The position numbers and the translations under genes are program-made. A DNA stretch of 64,000 nt, taken from contig OZ037765.1 of the NCBI GenBank assembly GCA_964035545.1, positions 17,670,995 to 17,734,994 on the forward strand, written 5' to 3'. This document shows positions 28,401 to 40,507 of this stretch, piece by piece (within the stretch, counting starts at the first letter, position 1; every line of letters begins with the position of its first letter). The stretch comes from Bugula neritina (Eukaryota > Animalia > Bryozoa). The notes under the pieces are model-generated. The model saw only the letters and a list, made by a program, of their open reading frames with translations, searched no databases and was not told the origin of the DNA.

Positions 28401-31400
28401 AGGGTACCTTCAGGTGCTACTTGTGTCGGCTGTTTTACTGTTGATATGAATGTTAATGCCTATGGAGCAGATAACTTCAAGTTGAAAAGATCAGGTGCAG
28501 TTATAGAGTCCTAATGACTCCAAAAAGATTATCTTTAAACTGATATCTCAATAGTCAGTATAATTAGCAGTTTTCCCCGAACTACTTGTTTGTTTTGCAC
28601 CTGTCTTACTACCTGTTCTATGACAGCACTGCATTTCTTACAGGATGCAGGCAGCAGGTTCTCTGAAATGCCTATTCACATGGGTATTGGGAGACACGTT
28701 TCTAGCAATGACTCTGAAGCCAGTCTTAGACTAGATACGATGGGCACATACACACCTGACAATCCACCTCAAGATGAGCCAGGTAAGTCCTGCCAGCAAC
28801 TCTGCTGAACTCTCATCTCTTGTAGTAGTAGTTGGGGTTTACAAGTGGGTAATTACATTCCCAGTGCACCCAAATTCATAGAATATAGTAAAATGAGCAA
28901 TTCTTTGAACTAACTACTATAGTGTTGACAATAGTGCTAGATTCTGAATTAGCTGCGCTTGTACTCTGATTATTCCACTCTGTCGTCACAGCCGACTTGA
29001 GTATTCCTCGCACTGAGCCCGGCAAGACTTCCACGTCCTTCAGCAACGTGCTAAGTATGGCGGCCATCTCTCCGGTACAAGATCCTGGCAGCAGTGGACT
29101 GGTGCCTGTCGGCAGCAAGCCAACCAGTGTCATTGTTAGCAACCAGTCCCTCATCTCTGACACCACCAACACCTGCCAACCTGCTTCACTGGGAGAAACT
29201 CTGACTGAGCAAACGGTTCACTCTGCTGGAAACAGGTGAGATTTACTTGTATCCACACTGCCTTACTCTCCATGTACATTGTGAAAAGGAAAGGCTAAGG
29301 GAAATGTATTCTACTTTTGTTATGTCATGGAGTGATTTAGCACAGTAATGTGATAGCTGCTATTATTATGCTGTGTTACACAGTAATAACAATCCCATTA
29401 AAGTACAGATACTTCTCAAACTAACCTTGACTTTGATTGATTTAGTCATTAGGAAAACTTCTCAAAAGATTTATTTAAATTACGGTGATGAACAATCGAT
29501 ATGTTGTTAGTGATATAGTAATTACAGTTCTTCTACGTATTTGCCAGTCTAATATAGCAGGCAATGTGTAAGACAGCTTTATAATGCTATCCCCACTGTG
29601 CATGCACATACTTTAAAATTCGAAGTATCAAAATATTGTGAAGTTCTATAATCACTGGTAAGCTTAATAACTTTTCAGTTCTGTTGTACTCGCCTACTTG
29701 TTTCATCTAGATCAACTTTCTTTGGCGAATCTATAACTTATGAGTGTCTGGTTGGGCGATGGAGACAGACTGTACAGATGTTTGGTCACATCTTCTGTGA
29801 CGATGTTGGTGCCGAACCTGGCTCTGTGATTAGCGATCTTGGAGGCTTTCCTGTGAAAGAAAGCAAGTTTAGAAGAGAAATGGAAAAATTGAGGAATTCA
29901 CAACAGAGAGATTTAACTATTGAGGTGCTTAAAGCTAACTAGTTCTGTAGAACCCATCAATACTTTCAATAGAGTAACATGTGCACCAAGAATGAAAGTT
30001 TTATACTAGCAAATTAGAAACTAATGAAAATATCGCTCCCTGGTAGTTCATAACATTGTGCTTCCTCTGCTCTTTTAGCTTGAGAGGGAAAGAAATCTCC
30101 TGCTTGTTCAAACCATCAAGCAGCTGAATGTCCAGTACAGCAAGAGAGCCCATTACAACTCCTACACTCCTATCCTCGCTGTCCATAGGGTCAAAGCTCA
30201 GTTCAAGAATGAGCCAGGAGAAGGGAGCGGAGTTGCCCGTAGCTTTTACAATGACTTCTCACGGGTAAGGAGATTGCCATGCTCATATTTTCATTACTTC
30301 TGCAGGGAGTAGTTGATGCACATGTGTTTTTTAGTTGGAAATAATGTGCTGTTTTCTGTTATGATGAAACATGCACTTTGCTCTACCTTCACAGGCTGTC
30401 CTGTCATCAGAGAAAATACCCAAACTAGATGTATGCACCTCAGTCAGTGGTAAGCGATCCTCCACTAAGCAAAGCTCGTCGGCCCGTACCAGGTCTTCCC
30501 TAGGAGAAGGTGTCAACGCATCAAGCTCTACGCTCAGTAGACTCAGCTCCAGTGAAAAGAAGCAAATGTCAGCCTCCGCCGCCCCATACCACCTTCCAAT
30601 GTCAGACGCGGAGAGACACGAACTCAACCATAACCTTCCGGCTCCCAGACGTCATCTCGGTGAACGCATATTACCTCGTGTACAGAAGTTACACCCGGTG
30701 AGTAGTTATGTTCTCTTCCTATCTTCTACTTCTCACTCAAGTTGCGCTTTCCCGCTAGAAATTATTATTCTTGGCTGTCTTCTATGAGTATCTACTCGAA
30801 TTGATATTCATGAAGATGTAAATTACCTGCATATGTTATGGTTGATTCAAGACAGACACTGGCAGCATGGTCTAGTTTTTCCACAATGCCAGACAGCTAG
30901 ATAATGGCTTATAGGTTAACCAAAGGCGCGCACCAATCATTTTATTATTTCTGGTAAGCATTTGGGTGTAAGTTTTACTCAGTAGGTGTAGTGACTAGTG
31001 ATGCACAGTGTGTATTCTGTAGGGGTTGGCATCTAAGATAACGGGAATGTTACTTGAGTTGTCACCCGGCCAACTTCTGCTGATATGTGCTTCTGATGAT
31101 GCTTTGAAGGAGAAGGTCAATGAAGCTCTTACCATTCTGAGAGAAGCCGACGGCAGCGAAACTGCTCGTGTGAGTCAGCAGCCAGGGGGTGGAGCTCAGA
31201 ACCCCTCGGACAAGTCTAATACTGAGGGTCAGCCGCTGGTGGGAGGTACCTCTGCTAGTGCCTTCACTACTGTCACCAGGTAAACAGTATTGAGTCTGTC
31301 AAAATCAAAATTTTAGAATCTTTTGTTTGACTATATATACTGTGTTGTTGGAATAACTGTTTGTGCTATCTTTTAATTTGCAGTGTTGGCTTAAGTTCTG

Positions 31401-34400
31401 AGTTTTTAATTAGATCTAAAGATGATTTGTCTGGTCAAAAGCTGGAAGTAAGAGAGGGGGTGGATTTGGAGACCCTACCTCTGTTTCACCAACCTGGAAA
31501 ACAAGGCTACTACTCTCCAATCCAGGGCAGTGGTTCTGTTACTAGACTCAATGCGTTTAGAAATGTTGGCAGGTTAGTTGTCACCTAACCACTATGTTTC
31601 TACTGCTAGTCTGTCTGTCCGTGTGTCTGTTAGCATTTTCATGTAGATGCAGAAATTTGTGAAGTTTTCATCAAGTTCCTGTCAGTTCTCCAAGATACTG
31701 TAGCTGTATGTATCATTTGCAGGGTGATAGGACTATGTCTTCTACAAAATGAGATCTGCCCACTCTATCTTAGCCGCCCAGTTCTCAAATACATTCTTGG
31801 TCGACCAATCAAATGGCACGATTTAGCTTTCCAAGATCCCACTTTATACGAAAGTTTACGTAAGCTGCTCGCTGACACGGAATTGAAAGATGCTGCCCAG
31901 ATTCTTTCTGCCCTCGATCTCTCCTTTACTATTGATGATGAGGTGTGTTACCTTTTTATATACATCAGTGCAACATCTGTCCACAGGTTTACTATTTTTA
32001 TGAGATTTTGCTTGTCTGTGGAAACTTGTTATAAATAATGCTTTTCATCAAAGGCTTTGACAAATTTTGTAGAATATAAATTCAATTGAACTACATTTAA
32101 ATACTCTGATGACTAATAAGTAGAGTTTCAGTTCTACTGCTTTATTTATTGTGAGACTTTTGATCATTTTACTAAATAAGGCAATATGAATAGAGAATTC
32201 ATACATCTATTTTTTGCTCATGCTATGTAAGGATACATCCAACTAGCTGTTTGTGTAAAAGGTATTCAGTTGTGTGTACATACAGGTTGAATTAGGTCAT
32301 CACTATATAAGAGGGTGTTAACCTCGGTCACTATTGTAAACTAGTTTAATATCTTTTAGTTGAGTGGCGTGACTCACGAATTGATACCTGGAGGTGCTGA
32401 TGTGCCGATAACTCCCCATAACATTTATTGTTATGTTAGGAAGTATGCTTATTACAAGATGGTGAGATGCTGTGACTCTGCATTGGAGGTAACTAGTATA
32501 TTATAAACTATTCTTGTTAGTCTTGAATTTCTAGCTAAAAGCTTATCTGCATTCAGTCAGGTGACAAGTGGCTGCTGCTGTTTCTCGTTGAACCTGGGAT
32601 AGAAATTAGCCTCTTAGAAAGTGTTGGGCAGAATGAAATGTTGAGAGACTGAGTTCTTGTTGGCTACCAGTAGGTGGAGTTGAATGCCCTGTCCACAGTT
32701 GTTCCATAGAATACTTTGATCTCATGCTATTCGAAGGTGTCATTTTCATCACACCATTTCTGTTAGCGGTTTGTTTGTACCCAAGCATGGGTTTCTAAGG
32801 AATCGAGTATATCATTCAAAGGGAAATCATCTAAGAACTGTATTTGAATTTCTCAATTTTGGCTTTCAGTAAATATGCTTAACCTTCAGCATAGGTAATG
32901 TAAATATACCTGACAGTTTGGGGTTGGCAACTAATAATTACACTCCTTGAGATTAGATAGGGGGGTTTGTTTATGTTACGCTGTTAATTGCTCAACTAGC
33001 CTTTTAACATTTCAGATATCTCATTAAATTAAGTTGTTGTATTGTAGGGTGCAGCATTTGACTTGTTGCATAGCGTCTCTTTAGAAGAGGCTGATAAGTG
33101 CTAGCTTATGTCGTGGCAATGCTAATGCTTTGTTTAGTCACTCTTATCAGCAGTATGCAAACAATAACTGCTAGAAATATACAGTCTTGGAATCATATGG
33201 CAGATATTTATACTCAACTGCTGTAAACTAACTGTCAACCTTCTGTTTATGGAATTGCAGGCGTTTCTGTGTATAGTGGATGTTTTATTAACCTTGGGGG
33301 TATAAATCATAGATATATAAAATATAAAGACGTGCGAGGTATTTGATACCAACACTTGTGTTATCATTCATGACCTCACGGAGTTAGTATAAGAGTGCTA
33401 GTAGGCCCTCTTAGCAGCCTGACAGACCTTTGACCTGCTTCCTTTGCTTTTGCTGCTATATCTGCTGCCGCTGCTACCGAACACTCACGGCCATATTAGG
33501 TGTACAACAGCCTTTATTTTAATAGCTAGTTGTCTGTCATACTCTAAACACCAAACCAAAATTGTAAACTCAAGCTAAGGGAAACTCTACCAGCACCCTG
33601 CCATCTGATCATGTCACTACAAACTACTCATTGTTGTAGCAAATCAAGTCGGGCATACACGATGTCATACCTAGAAATTCTCTCGATGGTTTATATGCTG
33701 AGGACTTGAGACTTTTGCTTAATGGTCAGAATGATATAGATGTGCAGACACTCATTAGCTACACCTCCTTCAATGATGAAAGTGGTAGGTTTCTCACTTG
33801 CCAACATGTGTGCTGCTTCTCCATTTTAGAATATCAGCCAGTAGCCACAGTGAGAAAATGTGAAACTTATACCTTACCTTGTACACTCCCAACAGCTTAT
33901 TTTACATCTGTGCATATCACAGGCACTATGTCCAGCAGTGTATGAAGAGTTACAATGGAGTCTGTTTTTTTTCAGTTAGGTTTAGCTCATGGCTTTTTGT
34001 TATGCTGCTGGTGTTATTTTCAAAAATGTTTGAGTTTGGTGTTCTGCGGTCATATTATTGATAGCACTGTCTGTAAAACTAATGAATGTTTCTGGCTTTC
34101 TAAACTCTAGGTGAGAGTAGCTCTGATAAAGTGCAGAAGTTCAAGCGGTGGTTCTGGTCTATAGCTGAGAAGATGAACGCTCAAGAAAGGCAAGATCTGG
34201 TAGGTTGTCTACAGATCTTAACTATGATTAAGGTTTAATTCTGCATAGACTGCTCTTAGTACTTTAGATAACAGATAGTCAGGACCTTGAAATGACTTGT
34301 AATCAGTGTTCAGATTATTTTATATTAACTGTCCCTCATTAGGACATAAAAATAGTTTGACAAAGTTGTTTCTCTTCTAATGTTGTGTATTTCTTCACCA

Positions 34401-34643
34401 TGTTCCTAAACAATGTCATGTCTATTCCAGGTTTATTTCTGGACCTCCAGTCCTGCACTGCCAGCTAGTGAGGAGGGTTTCCAGCCGATGCCCACAATAA
34501 CCATCCGACCAGCTGATGACACTCACTTACCTACTGCTAACACTTGTATATCTAGGCTGTACATACCATTATACTCTAGCAAACAAATTCTTAAAACTAA
34601 ACTAATTCTAGCTATTAAAACTAAAGCCTTTGGTTTTGTGTAG
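4401..34643 (+). CDS. UBR5: E3 ubiquitin ligase UBR5/EDD/hyperplastic discs, 49 coding exons, about 2856 aa
   Basis: Exons: 4401-4462, 7820-7946, 8132-8214, 8360-8598, 8747-8883, 9610-9703, 11080-11244, 11983-12143, 12467-12649, 12854-12973, 13315-13425, 13824-13981, 14102-14216, 14576-14727, 15263-15408, 16229-16458, 16566-16674, 16785-16965, 17285-17483, 18023-18282, 18479-18739, 18884-19121, 19595-19833, 20160-20420, 21109-21208, 21713-21882, 22211-22394, 22777-22956, 23809-23844, 24399-24489, 24617-24787, 25024-25161, 25441-25775, 25963-26061, 26470-26707, 27062-27303, 27664-27891, 28644-28782, 28992-29235, 29711-29924, 30079-30264, 30395-30697, 31023-31279, 31384-31572, 31723-31942, 32360-32488, 33640-33784, 34111-34199, 34431-34643. 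All introns are GT-AG and phases add up (8571 nt). The N-terminus MSSLHFVLH...KLRDLS, UBA, UBR box, MLLE and C-terminal HECT ending ...KAFGFV* match UBR5. Confidence 0.97.
4500..4790. repeat. Imperfect (TAG)n/(AGT)n trinucleotide tract at the start of UBR5 intron 1
   Basis: gtagtagtagtag... runs; the antisense ORF 4563-4814 is an artefact of this repeat. Confidence 0.9.
4795..5255. mobile_element. MITE, Tc1/mariner-pogo-like, 461 bp
   Basis: 33-bp TIRs cagtaagcgtagggccacacgacg(c/t)gagttacc with one mismatch, CAGT termini, TA on the right flank (left flank reads AA), no coding capacity. Confidence 0.85.
5500..5714 (+). mobile_element. tRNA-derived SINE with 19-bp target-site duplication
   Basis: Direct repeat ttatatcagtcctgtaagt at 5481-5499 and 5715-5733. 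A-box-like tggtttagggg and B-box-like gagttcgggccc in the head; T-rich tail. Confidence 0.85.
6114..7410 (+). mobile_element. Degenerate hAT (Buster/Charlie-like) transposon relic; boundaries uncertain
   Basis: 6800-6960 translates, with frameshifts, to [36 protein letters not shown]...QKHQLQPSH*, typical of the hAT C-terminal dimerization region. TIR-like cagatgtcccaaacct (about 6114) and aaggttgctcaaacgctg (about 7393-7410). No TSD. Confidence 0.6.
8747..9703 (+). CDS. UBR5: UBR5 UBA domain exons
   Basis: [33 protein letters not shown]|[17 protein letters not shown]. Confidence 0.93.
15409..15618. repeat. 30-bp minisatellite, about 7 copies, starting at the donor of UBR5 exon 15
   Basis: Unit acatgttacatggtgtttgctgtctatatt; the first copies begin gtaagttacatg and gcaagttacatg. 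Confidence 0.95.
19070..19833 (+). CDS. UBR5: UBR5 UBR-box zinc finger exons
   Basis: [17 protein letters not shown]|[46 protein letters not shown]. Confidence 0.95.
20036..20148. repeat. 25-bp minisatellite, about 4.5 copies, just upstream of a UBR5 acceptor
   Basis: Unit catagcaatgatgtctcatgtagct. Confidence 0.95.
20834..20894. repeat. (TA)n microsatellite
   Basis: About 30 perfect TA units. Confidence 0.98.
25347..25408. repeat. (AT)n microsatellite
   Basis: About 30 perfect units, ending about 30 nt before the acceptor at 25440. Confidence 0.98.
30630..31140 (+). CDS. UBR5: UBR5 MLLE (PABC) domain exons
   Basis: [17 protein letters not shown]|[36 protein letters not shown]. Confidence 0.95.
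31384..34643 (+). CDS. UBR5: UBR5 C-terminal HECT domain exons with catalytic Cys
   Basis: [10 protein letters not shown]|[14 protein letters not shown]...[16 protein letters not shown]...[12 protein letters not shown]...[11 protein letters not shown]...[27 protein letters not shown]. Confidence 0.96.
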
Positions 34644-34846
34644 TAGAACTGGTTTATACGAATTTTTAATGTCAGTTAATTTTTCTTGTAAAGTCCAATT
34701 AGGCAGTGCTTGTAGAAATTTAGCATTTTTGTCACCTGTTGATATATGTTTGTAATAGTCTGTAATGTTCTTTGTGATTAAAAAACTTAAGAAATATATT
34801 TGCTTTACCTCATGACTCTATAGCCTTGATTGCCTTTTCTGGATTA

Positions 34847-35226
34847 AGGCCTGGCCACACACTCGTGAGAATCACACGAAATCGTCTATTTGACACAAAA
34901 AAACAATTGTACGAGAAAATTTGAGGGAATTCAAACGAAATCGTCTTCGTTGGGTGTACACAACGATGACGATGGACGAAAAATCACCATCGACGATAAG
35001 CACCATTTGATTGGTCAATAGAATTTTAGCAACAGTAATTATTTCATTTCTACCACGTTTCTCTGTTGGGCAATTTTCTGCTGTTTGTATCTCGTGCAAG
35101 AGTCGTTCACGGACTATTTATTATGTGTTTCGTCCGACGAGTGTGTGGCTGGTCATAACGAGAGGATAACTCACGAAAATTGTCATACGAGTTTCGTGTG
35201 ATTTTCACAAGCGTGAGGCCAGGCCT
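34847..35226. mobile_element. PIF/Harbinger-like MITE, 380 bp
   Basis: 35-bp TIRs (aggcctggccacacactcgtgagaatcacacgaaa, 4 mismatches) flanked by TTA on both sides (34844-34846 and 35227-35229). A 3-bp TWA TSD is characteristic of PIF/Harbinger. Confidence 0.88.
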
Positions 35227-37503
35227 TTACACTGTGGCTGTTGTAGTTTATATTGCTCATGGTAAAAAGAATGTAAGGTTAAATTAATTGAGAATGTTCA
35301 ATACAAGCTATAGTGTGTACAGTTATAATTTTCCATTTTGTTTTTGTAAGTAGAGTGAACCAATACTGAAACTAAGAACATTATTCTAATTGTATAAACA
35401 TAGTAATGGGCTAAGAAATTTTCCTGTTGAATTTCTATTTGGCTCTCTCAGTAGTGAGACCACCTAAACTAAGGTTAACATGTTGCTTTAGGCTGTATTA
35501 GATGTGCTGAAGTTGAACTTGTACGTTACTGGCCTGTAGAGTAGATGATATAGGCTATCTATTATTTCTTTTGCCGGTAGTAGGGCTTGAACCTTGTTAG
35601 CACCACCTCGCCTAGTAACTAGTGTGGGAGTCGCCATTTGCTCTTTCTCAGGTCAATCTGGAGGTGTAATAAATATAAGCACACTTCATATTGCCAGGTG
35701 ATTTTGTGGTAAAAAGTTTAAACTTTTACAGTACATACAAAAATCATTTGAAAACATGACATCATTACGGGAAAATTTCTGTGATGCAGCATGATTTTTA
35801 TCATGCTAAATAAGCCATGTGCTACTCAAGGAGTTTTTTATTGCTCAGATATAGGATTATATGCTATTAATTGATTAAATGTTGAGATATTCAAATAATT
35901 GGTTTAGAAATTTGTTTTCCTTAGTATCCTGACAACTACTATTTAAAAGTTCATGAAGTAGACAAAACTTGTATACAGCTTAGCGTATAACTTATAGAAA
36001 TGTGTCCTTAGCAGCCTTTATATAGACGATAGTAACTTTGGCAATATTGGTATACAACAATTAAATTATTCATGTAATAATACAGCAGTGAGCTAATATT
36101 AGTAAATTTGAATCATTTGTGAATTTTTAATTTGACGCCTAACATGCTGATTGTATTTTAATGTATGTCAACTTATTTTGTGGATGACTAATCAGCATGG
36201 CAAGTGGATAAATTCTAGGCACAGTGTTCCAAAACTGTTCGCCTAGCCCTTTAGTAGAACCTGGAAGTATATCCAATCAATAGCAGCCACTTCAGGTTTT
36301 TGTGTTACATAAATTGCTATTGGCTGGCATCATCCACCCTAGCTTGAACTGAAGAGCTTTTAGTGCTTATATTATTATTTATTGTAATTTAATGTTACAA
36401 TAAATATTGTGATAGTAACAGTTTTAACTCCCAGTTGCTTATAATTAGATGGTAGTAAAAATGCATTTCCATTATTAGGTAAGACCAACTGTGACACTTG
36501 TGCTACCATTTTCAGATTTATCTGGTCTTTTAGTTTGGGCTAAAACTTTATTTTATGAGAACAAATTTTTTTGTGGAAGTCTCTCATTGGAGCACAATTG
36601 ATCAAGCTTTTCTACAGGTTTTGCACTTCTATTGGCTTCTGATGCTACAAACTACAGGCCGTTGCACTTCAAACCTACAATACGCTCAATATTTAACAGC
36701 ATAATGCAACTACAACTCAACAAATATATTCCAAATACAGCTACTTTGTTCCCAAATGTTGACAAAAGGGCAACTTATGATAGAGGAAGATAATGCAGGC
36801 CTGTGGACTTTTTGGCTACCTCAACTTTAATGAATGTTTTTAGAACTGCAGACAATCTATATCTTGTTGTATGGCTCAGACTAATGAGCAGTTGAATCAG
36901 CTGAATTTATTCAAATTAATGTATCATAAATCATTATATGGGTTAATTGTTGAAAATAGATTGATACAGTATATATAAAGCTCACATAACTTGAAATCAA
37001 GTGGTTATATGAACCTAACATTCAACATTATAACTAATGAACAATAATAATTTAGCAAGAACATCATTTATAGCCGCAATGTTAATATCCTTTTTCAAAG
37101 CTAAAATTACTTATTTAATTTTGTCTATTTCACTTGAAATAATTTTGTAATAAAATATTCTTGTCCTATTGATGTATTATGAGAATCAAAGTAAGTTGTC
37201 AACAGTAGCTTTATTTATTGAAAAAGTAAATAATAAGATACAAATTTTACTTGTTCAACTTATTGTCAAAGTCTTCAGCAAACCTAATGCATGAAACTTT
37301 CAAATCAGGCCAATTGTATCTGATAAGGAGAAGTTGGGGAATAGTCAACGAATAAATTAGAAATCAAAGAGGTCTATGTTGACTTGAACTCATTCCTGAA
37401 TTTTTTAGTGCAAAAAGCTATTATTAGAATCAAGTGAATTAGAAAACAAAATATTCAAGTCTTTGGATCCAAGGCTAGCTCTAAAGTCTAGGGCACATAG
37501 AGA

Positions 37504-40150
37504 ATGCTGGTTAAATGTAACTTTGATTCAACTAGAATACTGCAGTACATGGCAAATATAACAATGCCACAACATACTTGTACATCAAAGAATATTAGGT
37601 CATTGGGGGTTTCTTTTCAACCTAAAATCCGCCACCCAAGTAGAATAAAGTTGGTGAAAGGTGAGCAAAGGCAGCTAGCAGTTGTAAATGATTATCATTT
37701 TTCATGATAAGATAACATATAAATCTGACCTGAAATATACAAATCAAAAGTTTCATTTTGATTTGATAAAAATCCCTAAAAAATAATTATTCTCTATGTT
37801 TTTTTACTATAAAAGCTTAGCAGTGCTGCAGTAATTACAGTTGTCAAGGAGAAGGCACTATCTAAGTTAGTAATTGTGTTATTATAACAAAGGAAGCTAG
37901 GTATTTGTACTGTATAATACAGCTAGTACGTGTATGCATATAATATACATACTTTATGGTCACCTTTAGTCTGTCTGTGCTAATTACCATAATATTGCAA
38001 TGCTAATTTACACAGTGTAAAGGGTAGGCGTTCTAAGAATGCTTGCGCTAAATACATTGAGCATTAGGTATTTCTAGCTGATAAGAAGACATTTGGAGGT
38101 TTCTTTATATATTGTCTACTTTTGAGAGATAGAGGATTTATGCACCACACCATTCATGGTAGGAGTCAAAGTACACTCTAATATAAATATCACTCTCTAC
38201 ATTTAGGTGGGCTGGTATAGCTATATAATCAGAATCTTTAGTGTTCGATATTTTCAAAACGAAGTGGAGTGACTTGTTGAAACAGTAAAGAAGCTATAAA
38301 GCACTTCATTGTAGTGGCTAAAAAGCCTAAATGCATGTATGAATGTATGTATGTATGAGTGTATGTGTGTATGTATGTATGAGTGTATGTATGTATGTAT
38401 GTATGTGTGTATGTGTATATTGAGCCGATGATTGAAATATGAACTTGCATGCCAGTTTTTCAACATTGACTTGTTATTTGTCAGATATTATGAAATTTTG
38501 ATGAAGTTTTCAAACTTCAAAATAACAATCATTTAGCTTCGTAGGATTTGGGGACCTACAATGGTTCATTCATGTTTAGCAAATTGTATTAAAAACTGTA
38601 CGTTTATCATAATAACAACTAACTTTACTGCAAAATGTTGGTTGTTAGACTTTCTATATGTCAACAACAAAATTGAATTATAGTTTACACTATATCGTTA
38701 AAAATGCTTAGGAAAGCCACGACAACGCTTGAGCAAAATTTTATTAAACTGATTAACTGTCTTAAATCGTGCTATGACTAAGGAGTGTTAAGAATGGCCC
38801 TTAATGATTTCTTATCAGAAAACTAGCTTTATATCTTTAGTCAGGCTGTCTCACGCACTCACTGAGCATATATTTGCATAGAGATATATGATTAACTTTA
38901 TTAAAAGAGTGTTATGATATAAATGAAGTTTTGGTGCTTGTGTAAAGTGGTTGGTTACTACCAAGATATGTTTGTGGTATCTACTATCACCAAGTTTTGA
39001 AAGCAGTCATTCAAACACCTGCTACGTCTCATGCCAGCCATGACATTGCAAACAGGTACTTCATGGTGTCAACAAGCGTGATTGTATAGGCTCTTATTGC
39101 TGCGTATAAGGTAAGTCAAAAATATTCTTTTACAATGGCTTGCATAGACTAGACCATGTATGACCATTGTACCATTTAGTTGTAGTTGGTATCCCCAATT
39201 CTGCAATAAGGAGTGGCATGGTGAAATGGTATTGTTAATAAAAGCAATTTAAAAAGTTCTATGCTTCAGAGAAAAGTTGTTCAAAGTCGCATTGTTGTAG
39301 GTCACAGTCTCATGCCCTAAACCAAGCAGCATGGCAACAATCTTTGCTAACTAAAAGACTTCTTTCCTGCAAGAGATCTCTGTGCTGAGAGGTCTTTGAC
39401 AGAGTTGCCTCAAAGTCTCACAAAAGATTCAGCAGTTTTGATTTAAATTCTTGTATACATGTGAGTTTTATTTGGAAATCATCTAACCATTTTTATAAGA
39501 ACTTATTTTGCTAAAGGGCAAAGCTTTCTAAATAAAATCTTTGATAGGTGATAGCCGATTTCTCAAGTTATGCTGGAAGGAAAAGGAAACTTTAATTGGA
39601 CTTCCTATCTCTGGTAATCTCAGGGTATAGCTGAAGTGGCGGTGGAGCACAGTAAAGCCAAGATCACTTTCTGCCATGTTAGCTTGCCTGTCATAGCTAG
39701 TCAAGATGATAGAAACAAGGTTTTTAATAATTTACTCAAAATAATGCAGTGTTTTAACCACCACATTGACGGAAGTTAAATGGCCCACTTTTTATGTTCA
39801 CCTCCAGGATATCTATCAGCTGAACCTGATGTATTGGTGTTAAGCTTTCGAGAATTTCAGTATAATGTTGTTCAACATCTAATATTATGCTGATATTCAC
39901 GAGAATGGAGACACTAAATGGCTGCAACTACTACAGTGTATTAAACACAAAATATATTTAGACAAGACATTGTGTTTACTAACATGTAAGCATTTGACAC
40001 ACCAGAATGGCAGTTGATATGATTTACTCTACTTTACTGCAATATCGTGTTACCTATTACAGGTTGTAAGTAGCTAAACTGAGCAGTTTACTACTGCCTG
40101 TCCTATTCAAGTGGATCATCAGTAGTGTCAGACTGTGATTGTGATTTATT
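37504..40150 (+). pseudogene. Candidate decayed intron-containing gene or spliced lncRNA; product unidentified
   Basis: Series of plus-strand AG...GT-bounded blocks with higher GC (38078-38158, 38841-about 38949, about 39004-39110, 39301-39460, 39548-39719, 39808-?, 40063-?). Most blocks carry in-frame stops. Confidence 0.4.
38335..38420. repeat. Imperfect (TGTA)n microsatellite
   Basis: atgtatgaatgtatgtatgtatgagtgtatgtgtgtatg... Confidence 0.92.
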
Positions 40151-40507
40151 AGATGTCAACATATTATTTTCTATCTCAGTAGCTGCATATAATTAGTTGG
40201 ACAGCAGATAGTTGTATATTTGAGTTCACACAAAATGAATATAAGCCGGACAGAGTTGGTATGTACATGTATTAAGGTGTTATAACAATATGCATCAATA
40301 ATTCAAATGCTCACAATGACACTTAAAATTTATAATAAGGTAATTATTAATAACACCAACACAAAATTCAGGCAAGATAAAAAGTCTCAATCTAGGTCAC
40401 AGGTAAAAATAGCCCAAGAAATAAGATATACAAAATGTATTGCAGCCATAAACGCAGTTAAACTAGAATAGTGGCAGTTGAGTAAACAGAATCCATAGTT
40501 TAGTCAA

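Noticed and set aside
8256-30627. Numerous minus-strand ORFs (8256, 11846, 12415, 18094, 18467, 20085, 28876, 30331 and others)
   Set aside because: Antisense shadows of UBR5 exons with no independent gene signals.
38238-38466. His/Thr/Tyr-repeat minus-strand ORFs
   Set aside because: Translation of the (TACA)n microsatellite.
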